A DNA stretch of 64,000 nucleotides from Eledone cirrhosa (GCA_964016885.1 OZ024741.1:26660001-26724000); one strand, 5' to 3'; counted from the stretch's first letter, positions 14,921 to 30,804 are shown. A program made the numbers and translations. The notes: generated by a model not told the origin, from the letters alone.

Positions 14921-17900
14921 CACCATAAAGTGGTCATGTAGGTGTCACGACAGAAAGTGCCCAGTCCTCACTGTAAAGTGGTCATGTAGGTGTCACGACA
15001 GAAAGTGCCCAGTCCTCACTGTAAAGTGGTCATGTAGGTGTCACGACAGAAAGTGCCCAGTCCTCACTGTAAAGTGGTCATGTAGGTGTCACGGCAGAAA
15101 GTGCCCAGTCCTTACTGTAAAGTGGTCATGTAGGTGTCACGACAGAAAGTGCCCAGTCCTCACTGTAAAGTGGTCATGTAGGTGTCACGGCAGAAAGTGC
15201 CCAGTCCTTACTGTAAAGTGGTCATGTAGGTGTCACGGCAGAAAGTGCCCAGTCCTCACTGTAAAGTGGTCATGTAGGTGTCACAACAGAAAGTGCCCAG
15301 TCCTCACTGTAAAGTGGTCATGTAGGTGTCACGGCAGAAAGTGCCCAGTCCTCACTGTAAAGTGGTCATGTAGGTGTCACGACAGAAAGTGCCCAGTCCT
15401 CACTGTAAAGTGGTCATGTAGGTGTCACAACAGAAAGTGCCCAGTCCTCACTGTAAAGTGGTCATGTAGGTGTCACGGCAGAAAGTGCCCAGTCCTTACT
15501 GTAAAGTGGTCATGTAGGTGTCACGGCAGAAAGTGCCCAGTCCTCACTGTAAAGTGGTCATGTAGGTGTCACGGCAGAAAGTGCCCAGTCCTCACTGTAA
15601 AGTGGTCATGTAGGTGTCACGGCAGAAAGTGCCCAGTCCTCACTGTAAAGTGGTCATGTAGGTGTCACGGCAGAAAGTGCCCAGTCCTTACTGTAAAGTG
15701 GTCATGTAGGTGGTGCGACAGAAAGTGCCCAGTCGTCACTGTAAAGTGGTCATGTAGGTGTCACGGCAGAAAGTGCCCAGTCCTCACTGTAAAGTGGTCA
15801 TGTAGGTGTCGCGACAGAAAGTGCCCAGTCCTTACTGTAAAGTGGTCATGTAGGTGTCGCGACAGAAAGTGCCCAGTCCTCACTGTAAAGTGGTCATGTA
15901 GGTGTCACGACAGAAAGTGCCCAGTCCTCACTGTAAAGTGGTCATGTAGGTGTCACGGCAGAAAGTGCCCAGTCCTTACTGTAAAGTGGTCATGTAGGTG
16001 TCACGGCAGAAAGTGCCCAGTCCTCACTGTAAAGTGGTCATGTAGGTGTCACAACAGAAAGTGCCCAGTCCTCACTGTAAAGTGGTCATGTAGGTGTCAC
16101 GGCAGAAAGTGCCCCGTCCTCACTGTAAAGTGGTCATGTAGGTGTCACGACAGAAAGTGCCCAGTCCTCACTGTAAAGTGGTCATGTAGGTGTCACAACA
16201 GAAAGTGCCTAGTCCTCACTGTAAAGTGGTCATGTAGGTGTCACGGCAGAAAGTGCCCAGTCCTCACTGTAAAGTGGTCATGTAGGTGTCATGACAGAAA
16301 GTGCCCAGTCCTTACTGTAAAGTGGTCATGTAGGTGTCACGACAGAAAGTGCCCAGTCCTCACTGTAAAGTGGTCATGTAGGTGTCACGACAGAAAGTGC
16401 CCAGTCCTCGCTGTAAAGTGGTCATGTAGGTGTCACGGCAGAAAGTGCCCAGTCCTTACTGTAAAGTGGTCATGTAGGTGTCACGGCAGAAAGTGCCCAG
16501 TCCTCACTGTAAAGTGGTCATGTAGGTGTCACGACAGAAAGTGCCCAGTTCACAATGTAAAGTGGTCATGTAGGTGTCGCGACAGAAAGTGCCCAGTCCT
16601 CACTGTAAAGTGGTCATGTAGGTGTCACGGCAGAAAGTGCCCAGTCCTCACTGTAAAGTGGTCATGTAGGTGTCACGACAGAAAGTGCCCAGTCCTTACT
16701 GTAAAGTGGTCATGTAGGTGTCACGGCAGAAAGTGCCCAGTCCTCACTGTAAAGTGGTCATGTAGGTGTCACGGCAGAAAGTGCCCAGTCCTTACTGTAA
16801 AGTGGTCATGTAGGTGTCACGGCAGAAAGTGCCCAGTCCTCACTGTAAAGTGGTCATGTAGGTGTCACGGCAGAAAGTGCCCAGTCCTTTCTGTAAAGTG
16901 GTCATGTAGGTGTCATGACAGAAAGTGCCCAGTCCTCACTGTAAAGTAGTCATGTAGGTGTCACGGCAGAAAGTGCCCAGTCCTCACTGTAAAGTGGTCA
17001 TGTAGGTGTCACGGCAGAAAGTGCCCAGTCCTCACTGTAAAGTGGTCATGTAGGTGTCAGGGCAGAAAGTGCCCAGTCCTCACTGTAAAGTGGTCATGTA
17101 GGTGTCACAAAAGAAAGTGCCCAGTTCACAATGTAAAGTGGTCATGTAGGTGTCACGACAGAAAGTGCTCCGTCCTCACTGTAAAGTGGTCATTTAGGTG
17201 TCACAGCAGAAAGTGCCCAGTCCTCACTGTAAAGTGGTCATGTAGGTGTCACGACAGAAAGTCCCCAGTCCTCACTGTAAAGTGTTCATGTAGGTGTCAC
17301 GACAGAAATTGCCCAGTCCTTACTGTAAACTGGTCATGTAGGTGTCACGACAGAAAGTGCCCAGTCCTTACTGTAAAGTGGTCATGTCGGTGTCACGGCA
17401 GAAAGTGCCCGGTCCTCACTGTAAAGTGGTCATGTAGGTGTCACGACAGAAAATGCCCAGTCCTCACTGTAAAGTGGTCATGTAGGTGTCACGACAGAAA
17501 GTGCCCAGTCCTTACTGTAAAGTGGTCATGTAGGTGTCACGGCAGAAAGTGCCCAGTCCTTACTGTAAAGTGGTCATGTAGGTGTCACGACAGAAAGTAC
17601 CCAGTCCTCACTGTAAAGTGGTCATGTAGGTGTCACGACAGAAAGTGCTCAGTCCTTACTGTAAAGTGGTCATGTAGGTGTCACGACAGAAAGTGCCCAG
17701 TCCTTACTGTAAAGTGGTCATGTAGGTGTCACAGCAGAAAGTGGCCAGTCCTCACTGTAAAGTGGTCATGTAGGTGTCACGAAAGAAAGTGCCCAGTCCT
17801 AACTGTAAAGTGGTCATGTAGGTGTCATGGCAGAAAGTGCCCAGTTCTTACTGTAAAGTGGTCATGTAGGTGGCACGACAGAAAGTGCCCAGTCCTCACT

Positions 17901-19100
17901 ATAAAGTGGTCATGTAGGAGTCACGGCAGAAAGTGCCCAGTCCTTGCTGTAAAGTGGTCATGTAGGTGTCACAACAGAAAGTGCCCAGCCCTCACTGTAA
18001 ACTGGTCATGTAGGTGTCACGACAGAAAGTGCCCAGCCCTCACTGTAAAGGGGTCATGTAGGTGTCACGGCAGAAAGTGCCCAGTTCACAATGTAAAGTG
18101 GTCATGTAGGTGTCACAACAGAAAGTGCCCAGTTCACAATGTAAAGTGGTCATGTAGGTGACACGACAGAAAGTGCCCAGTCCTCACTGTAAAGTGGTCA
18201 TGTAGGTGTCACGGCAGAAAGTGCCCAGTCCTTACTGTAAAGTGGTCATGTAGGTGTCACGACAGAAAGTGCTCCATCCTCACTGTAAAGTGGTCATGTA
18301 GGTGTCACGACAGAAAGTGCCCAGTCCTCACTGTAAAGTGGTCATGTAGGTTTAACGACAGAAAGTGCCCCGTCTTCACTGTAAAGTGGTAATGTAGGTG
18401 TAACGACAGAAAGTGCCCAGTCCTCATTGTAAAGTGGTCATGTAGGTGTCACGACAGAAAGTGCCCAGTCCTCACTGTAAACTGGTCATGTAGGTGTCAC
18501 GACAGAAAGGCCCCAGTCCTTACTGTAAAGTGGTCATGTAGGTGTCACGGCAGAAAGTGCCCAGTCCTCACTGTAAAGTGGTCCTGTAGGTGTCACGACA
18601 GAAAGGGCCCAGTCCTCACTGTAAAGTTGTCATGTAGGTGTCACGGAGAAAGTGCCCAGTCCTTACTGTAAAGTGGTCATGTAGGTGTCACGACAGAAAG
18701 TCCCCAGTCCTCACTGTAAAGTGGTCATGTAGGTGTCACGGCAGAAAGTGCCCAGTCCTCACTGTAAAGGGGTCATGTAGGCGTCACGGCAGAAAGTGCT
18801 CAGTCCTCACTGTAAAGGGGTCATGTAAGAGACAATAAAAAGTGCCCTGTACACACTGTAAAGTGTTCATGTAAATGTCACGACAGAAAGTGCCCAGTCC
18901 TCACTGTAAAGTGGTCATGTAGGTGTCACGGCAGAAAGTGCCCAGTCCTCACTGTAAAGTGGTCATGTAGGTGTCACGACAGAAAGTGCCCAGTCCTCAC
19001 TGTAAAGTGGTCATGTGGGTGTCACGACAGAAAGTGCCCAGCCCTCACTGTAAAGGGGTCATGTAAGAGACAATAAAAGTGCCCTGTACACACTGTAAAG
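14921..19100 (+). repeat. 48-bp minisatellite, about 87 copies, derived from the RTE/SINE 3' module
   Basis: Unit ctgtaaagtggtcatgtaggtgtcacgacagaaagtgcccagtcctca; the array runs directly into tggttggcgttagggagggcatcc. Confidence 0.97.
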
Positions 19101-19451
19101 TGGTTGGCGTTAGGGAGGGCATCCATCAGTAGAAACCAAACCCAGATCAGTCCAGTGTGAGAAAAACATGATCCTCCAAGCTGGAGCTTTCACAACGGGG
19201 CAGCACGTCCTACCCATTCCACTCTCAAGGTATCGGTCAGCCAAAGGATTATAGTAAAGGACTCTTGCTCAATGCAGTGGGTGGGATGGGTGAGTGGATG
19301 AAGCCTGGAATCAAGTACTTAACTCCTTGGTCACACATGCACCTATATATATATATATATATATATATATAACAAAGGAATTGTGGTAAGGAACCAGATG
19401 GACCATAACGCACCAGAGTACTCAATACTTAGGGTAGTAGAGTGGGAAATA

Positions 19452-19564
19452 GGAAAAAGTATGACCCCGACGGCAGAGCTCAAGTCGTTTCGACGGCTAT
19501 TTCTGGAGTCCAGAAATAGCCATCGAAACGGCTTGAGTTCTGCCGTCGGGGTCATACTTTTTCC
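19452..19564. repeat. Near-perfect palindrome (56-bp arms, 1-nt centre, 3 mismatches)
   Basis: ggaaaaagtatgaccccgacggcagagctcaagtcgtttcgacggctatttctgga-g-tccagaaatagccatcgaaacggcttgagttctgccgtcggggtcatactttttcc. Confidence 0.95.
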
Positions 19565-19734
19565 CATATATATATATATAACACACACACATATATATAT
19601 ATATATATACATATATAAATATATATATATAACATATATAAATATATACGTATATATATTTGTGTGTGTATGTATGTTACACAAGCAGGATATAGCATGG
19701 TGATGCCAACACAAAGACCCTACTGTCACCTGGC

Positions 19735-19959
19735 TGGACCACCACCACCAGTACTACCACCACCACCACCACCAGTACTACCACCACCACCACCAGTACT
19801 ACCACCACCACCACCACCACCACCAGCAGTACTACTACCAGTACCAGCCCTACCATCTTCATTGACCACTGTTACTGCCACCATCATATCTGACAGGGTT
19901 TGTGCTACCAACCTCCAGCACCACTACTACTACTACTGCTACCTCTGCTGCTGCTGCTG

Positions 19960-20011
<52 letters not shown>

Positions 20012-20133
20012 CACTACCACCACCACTACTACTACCACCACTACCACCACTACTACTAGTACTACTATTATCTCCCTCATACACACTGTCATATGGTTGT
20101 CATTAATATTGAAATATATATATACATGCTATT

Positions 20134-20186
<53 letters not shown>

Positions 20187-21320
20187 TGTGCTATTCATTG
20201 CTATATCCTCATGGCTATTAGCAAGCCAACAAGGAAGACTCTTGTTGGTCGATTGACCTGTTAGAAATAGCAGCCAAATTAACTCTCATATTCCACAAGA
20301 CATTGGATAATATAGTCCTAGATACACTACCCTTGGAAAAACAAAAATGATCCTAATGAGAAGACTACCTTTGATCATAAGTCTGCTCAATCAGGGTTGA
20401 CCCAGGGTTAAACAGTACCAATAACAACACTGGTATTGTTCCTGTTAGCAACATCACTACTAACATCATCATCATTATTACCACCACTGTACTACCATAA
20501 CACTACCACAACCACCACCACAACTACTACACCACTACTACAGAACCACTATAACCACCACCACCTCCACTACACTACTACAGCCACCACCACTACTATC
20601 ACTACCAACACTACTACGACCACTGCCACCACTGTTACACTAAAAAGCACCATACCACCACTGTCACTACTACCAACACTACAATATCAACACCAACACC
20701 ACAACTGCTACATAATAAACAAAACTACCGGCACTAACTACTACACCACCACCAACACAATACAACCACTACACCACCACCAACACAATACCATCTCTAC
20801 ACCACAACCGCCACTACCACCAACTCCACCACTACACTACTACCACTACTACCTCCACTACACCACCACTACTCCACCACCACCACCACCACCACCACTC
20901 CACCACCACCCTTCCACCACACCACCACCACTACACCACCACAACCACCACTACACCACCACCACACCACCACTACACCACCACCACTATACCACTACCA
21001 CCACCACTCCACTACACTACCAACACCACTACACCACCACCACAACTACATCACCAGCACCATCACCACCACTACACTGCCACCACTTCAACCACCACCA
21101 CTACACCACCACCAACACCACTACACCACCAACACCACCATTCCACCACCACCACTACACCACCACCTCTCCACAACCTCCACCACTCCACCACCACTAC
21201 ACCACCACCTCTCCACAACCTCCACCACTCCACCACCACTACACCATCACCACCACTCCACCACACCACCTCCACCACCACTACTCCACCACCACCACTG
21301 CCACTACACCACCACCATGA
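19735..21320. repeat. (ACC)n/(ACT)n trinucleotide low-complexity region
   Basis: Seen directly; interrupted by a TA tract and a probable SINE remnant at about 20210-20420. Confidence 0.9.
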
Positions 21321-21497
21321 CAAACTGCCAGCAGTGTTGTAATCAATAGTTTGCCAATGGCTGTCCCTTGCATTGTTGCAACGGTTGTTGTGTGCAGTGC
21401 AGGGAGTCAGCTAAACTGCCTCCTTGCTGTGCAGCAACCAATGCTTTCTCTCCCTTTTTTTCCTCTTTCTCTCTTTCCTTTTCTCTCACCCTGTCTT

Positions 21498-21546
<49 letters not shown>

Positions 21547-21719
21547 TTATATATATATAATATATAATATATATATATATAATTGTTTCTACTTTAGGCA
21601 CAAGGCCAGCAATTCACCAGTACATTACTGGTACTTTATTTTATCGACCCCCGTAAGGATGAAAGGCAAAGTATATATAATATATATATATATATAATAT
21701 ATATATGTATATAATATAT

Positions 21720-21751
<32 letters not shown>

Positions 21752-21763
21752 ATATATATATAT

Positions 21764-22330
21764 ATCATCATCATCATCATCAACGTTTAACGTCCGTGTT
21801 CCACGCTTGCATGGGTTTGGATGGGGGGTTTTCCCACTTGAGGCAAGAGTGATTGTCTTGCTCGCATAGGACTGTCTGGCGGGTTTTCTACAGCTGGATG
21901 TCCTTCCTAACACCAACCACATTTACAGTGTGGGTCTGGGAGGTTTTTACCGTGTTGCCTACACGGCCACATTACAGCGTGGACTGTGTGTTTTTTTGTC
22001 GTGACACCTACACGATCTCATTTGTTTCGGCCTGGATGGTGTGGCACCAACAATATATATATGTATATATCATCATCATCTTCGTTTAATGTCCATCTTC
22101 CACACTAGCATGGGTTAGACAGGAGTTGTCCCACTTGAGGCAAGGTAGGTCGGGTGACCGTGTCTCGCTCATATAGGACTATCTGGCAGGTTTTCTACAG
22201 CTGGATGCCCTTCCTAACACCAACCACATTTACAGTGTGGAACTGGGAACTTTTTACCGTGTTACCTACACGGCCACATTGCAGCGTGGACTGTGTGTTT
22301 TTTCTCGTGACACCTACACGATCTCGATCT
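21764..22330 (-). mobile_element. Two tandem RTE 3' UTR fragments (family A and an A/B-like variant)
   Basis: Two (cat)n-gtttaa(c/t)gtcc tails at about 21764 and 22070, each followed by ctggatg(t/c)ccttcctaacaccaaccac. Confidence 0.85.
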
Positions 22331-22353
22331 CATTATCTCATTTATATATATAT

Positions 22354-22587
22354 AAAGGAACGAAAAGGAACGATTGACTTTTTTGTCAAATCGGACCGAG
22401 GGAACAATGTTTCCGTTGGTCTTTCCAATTGCTAATACTATCTATCGGTCGCAACTCCAGGTAGAAGGAGCAACGTGAAATAAAGTGTCTTGCTCAAGGA
22501 CATAACGCATCGCCTGGTCCAGGAATCGAACTCACAACCTTACGATTGCGAATCCAATTCTCTAACCACTCAGCCACACGCCTTCAC
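22354..22587 (-). mobile_element. tRNA-derived SINE, family 2
   Basis: Reverse complement of 42042-42265; A box tggctgagtgg, B box gagttcgattcc. Confidence 0.88.
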
Positions 22588-22589
22588 AA

Positions 22590-24660
<2,071 letters not shown>

Positions 24661-26189
24661 TCATCATCATCACCGTTTTACGTCCGTTCTTCCACGCTAG
24701 CATGGGTTAGACGGGTTGTCCTGTTGTGGGCAGTGTCTGGTCGGCTGACCATGCCTTGCTCATACAGGAACTGATCTGGCTTGATTTCTACAGCTGGATG
24801 CCCTTCCTAACACCAACCTCATTTACAGTGAGTGCTGGGTGCTTTTTCGTGGCGCCTACACGTCCACTTTACAGTGTGGGCTGGGTGCTTTTTTGCCGTG
24901 GCACCTCCACGACCACCTTGCGGTGGGGGGGGGGGCATATTGTTTATATGCTTCAGCATGTACCCATGGGAGGTCGGGTACCCTGTATTACTGCGTGACG
25001 CCAGAAGTCACGGTCGTGTGTCATTGACTTTGAGAGGTGTAGTTGGGTAAGGTCGGCTTTTATCACCTCATCCCAAGTCATCTTGGGTCTCCCCACTCCG
25101 CGGTTTCCATCAACTTCTAGTGCTCTGCACCTTTTTATGCAGCTGTCATCCTTCATACGCATCACATGTCCATACCAGCGTAACCGCCTCTCCTGCACGC
25201 AGCATTTGATTCCTCTTATGCTCAGTCTCTCTCTCAATTCATTTATGCTTTGTCGTTCACGTATATTACTGTTACACATCCATCGGAGCATGCAGGCTTC
25301 GTTTCTCTCTAATCTACGTAAGTCTTCCACCTTCAGCGCCCAGGTCTCACTACCATGCAACATCGCTGTTCGGATACACGCATCATACAGTCTGCCTTTC
25401 ATTCTGAGGGAGAAGCCTTTTGCAGCTAGCAGTGGTAGTAGTTCCCTAAACTTCTTCCATCCCGTTCTTACCCTAGTTATTGTACTTTCTGAGCACCCAC
25501 CTCCGTTGCTAATTCGGTCACCTAGGTAGCAGAAGCTGTCTACTGTTTCTACAGGGCCCTCCCAGAGATTGGTGGTACTTGTTTCCTGTGGCTGTTTGCT
25601 TGCTGTTTCAGCACAGCTGCTGCATGTGAATCCTACATTCTTAATTAAGCTTCCTGAGATCCCGCTACATCTCTTGTGTACCCATTGTTTGCATTTGGGG
25701 CAGAGAATGGAGTTCCTACCTACACCTTTCCTACATACTGAGCAAGGCCATTTCCCTGAGGGGATCTGGGTTCTGTTTTCTCGTCTACTTATAAGGACCT
25801 TAGTCTTTGTCATGTTGACTTTGAGGCCCTTTCTCTCTAGTCCCTGCTTCCAGGTTTGGAATTTATTCTCTAGTTCTACCATAGATTCAGCTATGAGTGC
25901 GAGGTCATCAGCATACAGGAGTTCCCATGGGCATCCGGTCTTAAACTCCTCCGTTATTGCCTGCAGGACTATGATGAACAGGAGAGGGCTAAGAACAGAG
26001 CCCTGGTGGACCCCAACCTGTACGCTAAATTCCTCGCTATACTCATTGCCAATCCTAACTTTGCTGACTGCTCCCCTATACATGGCTTGTACCGCTTTCA
26101 AAAGCCATTCATCTACTCCTAGTTTTCTAAGAGCCCACCAGATTACTGCACGTGGAACTCTGTCAAAGGCTTTCTCAAGGTCGACAAAT
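24661..26189 (-). mobile_element. RTE LINE family B, 5'-truncated, reading frame intact from FVDLEKAFD to the stop
   Basis: The C-terminal part of ORF 24953-26794(-) is nearly identical to ORF 48156-50228; (GAT)n tail. Confidence 0.95.
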
Positions 26190-26196
26190 ATATATG

Positions 26197-26227
<31 letters not shown>

Positions 26228-26296
26228 GTATATATATATATATATGTATATGTATATATATATATGTATATGTATATATATATATGTATATATATG

Positions 26297-26373
<77 letters not shown>

Positions 26374-26404
26374 GTATATGTATATATATGTATATATATA
26401 TATG

Positions 26405-26453
<49 letters not shown>

Positions 26454-26459
26454 GTATAT

Positions 26460-26493
<34 letters not shown>

Positions 26494-26531
26494 ATGTATA
26501 TGTATATATATGTATATATATATATGTATAT

Positions 26532-26565
<34 letters not shown>

Positions 26566-26705
26566 ATGTATATGTATATATATGTATATATATATATATA
26601 TATGTATATGTATATATATGTATATATATATATATATATATGTATATGTATATATATGTATATATATATATATATATATGTATATGTATATATATGTATA
26701 TATAT

Positions 26706-26739
<34 letters not shown>

Positions 26740-26747
26740 GTATATGT

Positions 26748-27094
26748 ATCATCATCATCATCACCGTTTTACGTCCGTTCTTCCACGCTAGCATGGGTTA
26801 GACGGGTTGTCCTGTTGTGGGCAGTGTCTGGTCGGCTGACCATGCCTTGCTCATACAGGAACTGATCTGGCTTGATTTCTACAGCTGGATGCCCTTCCTA
26901 ACACCAACCTCATTTACAGTGAGTGCTGGGTGCTTTTTCGTGGCGCCTACACGTCCACTTTACAGTGTGGGCTGGGTGCTTTTTTGCCGTGGCACCTCCA
27001 CGACCACCTTGCGGTGGGGGGGGGGGGGGGGGGCATATTGTTTATATGCTTCAGCATGTACCCATGGGAGGTCGGGTACCCTGTATTACTGCGT

Positions 27095-27097
<3 letters not shown>
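26748..27097 (-). mobile_element. RTE family B 3'-end-only copy
   Basis: Essentially identical to 24661-25000 apart from poly-G length. Confidence 0.92.
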
Positions 27098-27153
<56 letters not shown>

Positions 27154-27199
27154 GCATATATAATATATAAGAACAAAAGATGGTTAAAAGAGTTCCATG

Positions 27200-27270
27200 T
27201 ATTTTATTATGCGCATTTCAAAAACAAATATCATCATGCAATAATATTTGTGTTTTCATCAGATAAAATA
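27200..27270 (-). ncRNA. Minimal type I hammerhead ribozyme (inverted pLTR copy)
   Basis: Reverse complement of 28193-28263. Confidence 0.85.
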
Positions 27271-28192
27271 GGAAGACATATGAAGGTTAAAAAACACTTG
27301 TGGATAGTGCAGTTTTAAATCAACATATGAAAAGTAGTTTTATAACTGAGAGAAATATATTGTTTTACATAGAGGTTGAAAAACCGTTGGAAGATAATGT
27401 ATAAATTAAAAGAATTTGAAAATTAACGAAGAGAAAAATAATGTAAAGTTAAGGTTTGTATATTGAAGGGTTTAATAATATGTGCGATGAAAAGAAAATG
27501 TTAATATGTATTAAGAATAATATTTAAGGGTTTAATAATATGTGCGATGGAAAGAAAATGTTAATATGTATTAAGAATAATATTTAAGGGTTTAATAATA
27601 TGTGCGATGGAAAGAAAATGTTGATATGTATTATTAAAAAGAACAACAAGTAATGTAAGTATGGATATATTGTGAGATGAGCATGAGTAAGTTAGATGAA
27701 AGGGAGAAAAAAATAATGAATTGAGGATGAATAATCTAACGTCAAAAAATGTTTATGTTTACGAAGGATTCTTGCAAGGTAATATAAAGTAAGAATGTAT
27801 TGTATTGTGTAATAATTGTTTCTATGTTAGGCAACAGTGAGAAAAGGTACAGATTAGGGGTTAGACATTAAAAGAAAAAGAGAAGAAAGGGAAAATGAAG
27901 AAAGGGAAGTGATAAATAGGAGTGATATAGAATGAGTAACAAGTATTATATAATGTATAATAAATAACTTTGAAATAAGGTAGAAAGATGGGTATATTTT
28001 TAAAGAAGTATATATATATGTGCCTTTGAGAAAAAGATTCTAAATTGATAAAGTTTTGGATATTAGCTGTATACTTTGTGGAATGTTTTGTGGAATTTAT
28101 GCAAGCAGAGAGAAATCTAAAACTACTTTTCATATGTTGATTTAAAACTGCACTATCCACAAGTGTTTTTTAACCTTCATATCATGTCTTCC

Positions 28193-28263
28193 TATTTTAT
28201 CTGATGAAAACACAAATATTATTGCATGATGATATTTGTTTTTGAAATGCGCATAATAAAATA
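28193..28263 (+). ncRNA. Minimal type I hammerhead ribozyme in the 5' pLTR
   Basis: tattttat-CTGATGA-aaacacaaatattattgcatgatgatatttgttttt-GAAA-tgcgca-TA-ataaaata: 8-bp stem I, stem II hairpin, palindromic stem III. Confidence 0.88.
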
Positions 28264-28470
28264 CATGGAACTCTTTTAACCATCTTTTGTTCTTATATAT
28301 TATGTATACTCCAGTCCTACAAACTGTAGAGTGCTTCTTATCCGATATCTGCATTGCTTTATTGTACTACAATAAAACTCACCTCCTACATTAACTTGCT
28401 CCTTAACGGTTGAGCGCTAACTCTCATATTGGATACCTTTTGATGGTCCTTTATTTTTTTCTTCTACAAC

Positions 28471-30804
28471 ATGGATTATTACAACATAACCAATTCAACT
28501 AAAGACATTCCTATACCTGGTAAATCTGAATTCACCAAACTTCTAATTGAAAAAACTGACTCCTTTGTAAGATGACTTAGATGGATAGCTTATTTCTATG
28601 ACCAGCGCCTAAAAGGGAACTTCTATACCAAGGAACATAACTTCCTCGATCATCTATTTAATTCTAGAAGAAATCCTCCTTCCAACAAAAATCTAGTGCA
28701 ATTCGAGGAAGAGTTAACTAAAATTATAAAAAATCTTAAATTCAAGAGAAACCCTTACAGAGGACAAGAGCACCTTGTAAATCTCAAGAACACAATTTCA
28801 AACCTTAATTCCTCAAAAAATGTTTTAGTCCACTCTGACAAAACCAATAATTTATATGGTATTTCCAAGGATAATTATGACAACCTTATCCTAAAGGAAC
28901 TTAGGAAAAAATATCGTAAAACCAACCATGATAATTTAGAATACATAAACTTTGAAGTCTCTGAGATTATGTCAAAACTTGGTATCGAAAAAAAGACCGA
29001 ACCATTCCTCCCAAGAACTCCGAGGATAAATCTCAAGGATCACAAAAACAATTTTCGCACTGAACTACCTGTTAGATTAATCGCCCCCTCTAAATCAGAT
29101 CTGGGGGTTGTTAGTAAAGCCATCTTGGATAGAATTATCCCACAGGTTCGTTCTAATTGCTCTTCTTTGAACCTAAATTTATGGTTTGGTACTTCTGAAG
29201 TGATTAGCTGGTTCAACAAATTGAATAATAAAAACAAACTAAAATTTGTTCAATTTGATATTGCCAGCTACTATTCTTCTATTTCGCCTTCACTTCTCAA
29301 TAATGCTCTATCTTTCGAACTTAAATATTCTGACATCACCACAGATGAACTTCACATTATTCTCACCGCATGTAAAACCATCCTAGAGTTCAACAACGAA
29401 TATTGGACCAGAGCCGATACCTCTAACAACTTTGACATGGGAGCATCCGATTCATCCCAATTGACAGATTTAATTGGTATCTTTATTTTGAACTCTTTGA
29501 GTCGGAAAATTCCTCAACTTCGCGGTGGAATTTATCGTGACGATGGACTCTTTACTATCTTAAATTGCAACATAGTTGAATTTGATAACAGCATCAAACT
29601 AGCTAATTTCTTGGATGTATCTCTTAATCTTGACACTGGCCTATATTACCCTTACCATAAAAACAATGAGAACCTAAATTATGTTAACTTTAAATCTAAC
29701 CATCCTACTAATATCAAGAATGCTATAGTTAGTAATATTGGAAAAAGAATATCTAACCTATCTTCTAATAAAAACATCTTTGATGCCAACGCCAATTACT
29801 ATAATAACGCGCTTTCTAAAGCCGGCTATCCTGACAAAATCAAATATAGTAAAGAAACAAATTCTAGAAGATCTTACAGTAGAATAATTAATCATGATCA
29901 TTCCAATAACTTTAATAAAAGACCTAGATACAAAAACTTAATCTGGTATAATGCTCCTTTCTCCATCTCTATTAATAATAATATTCCTAAATTATTCTTT
30001 AGTGCCTTAAATAAATGCTTCCCTCCCTCACATATCTATAGTAAAATATTTAACAAACACACTATAACATTTTCCTATTCGACATCCTCCAACATTTCCA
30101 ACATTATCTCTAAACACAACAATAAAATACTAAATACTAAATCTCTTCCTTCCAACACTGAATATCATAATAATAGTAATAGTACTCCCGACGTCATTGT
30201 AAACCCTAGGCTAATTTCTGCAAACCCAAATACAACGTCAAACACAACTTCGCCAAATGTTCTTAATCCCATTCTAAATCAAGAAACTATTATTCCTATC
30301 GCAAATAACTTCTCCAATCCAATTCCTTCTATAGATAACACTAGGTCACTCGTTAATAATCTCTCTAATCGCAATTGCAATTGCCCTGTTAAAAATAAAT
30401 GTCCTCTCAACAACCATTGTCTTGATAAAAACTTAATTTACGAATGTAAAGTTATAACTGACACCAATTCCTTCACCTATTTTGGCTCCACTTCCACCTC
30501 CTTTAAAGCTCGTCTTTATAACCATCATTCGTCTTTTAAATACAAACTTAAAAGAACCAAGACGGCTCTCTCAGAACTCATATGGTCCTTGAAAGACAAA
30601 AATATTAAATATAGCATCTCTTGGAAGAAGGTTTCCTCTGCTTCTTCATACTTGAACAGTTCTCTATCCAAGATTTGCAATCTCTGTCTAAATGAAAAAT
30701 TTACCATTATATCTAATTTAGATTCTATAATAAATAGACGCACTGATTTGTTTTCTCTCTGCTTGCATAAATTCCACAAAACATTCCACAAAGTATACAG
30801 CTAA
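28471..30804 (+). pseudogene. PLE polyprotein (RT plus GIY-YIG endonuclease), one in-frame TGA at 28573 and probable RT deletions
   Basis: ATG 28471 (MDYYNITNSTKDIPIP) is in frame with ORF 28696-30804; motifs QFDIASYY, IYRDDG, FLDV, CNC..CPL, LIY...YFG, R..NH, CNLCLNEK. Confidence 0.9.

Noticed and set aside
14721-16949. 742-aa Cys-rich repeat ORF (KWSCRCHDRKCPVLTV)n resembling a metallothionein or keratin-associated protein
   Set aside because: It is a by-product of a 48-bp stop-free satellite unit derived from a TE UTR. There is no credible start, and the array continues past the stop.
28573-28575. In-frame TGA as selenocysteine (some Naiad PLEs encode selenoproteins)
   Set aside because: It falls in VR*LRW, at a basic-residue position rather than a Cys position, so CGA-to-TGA decay is more likely. 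The zinc-ligand positions are ordinary Cys codons and I recognised no SECIS.
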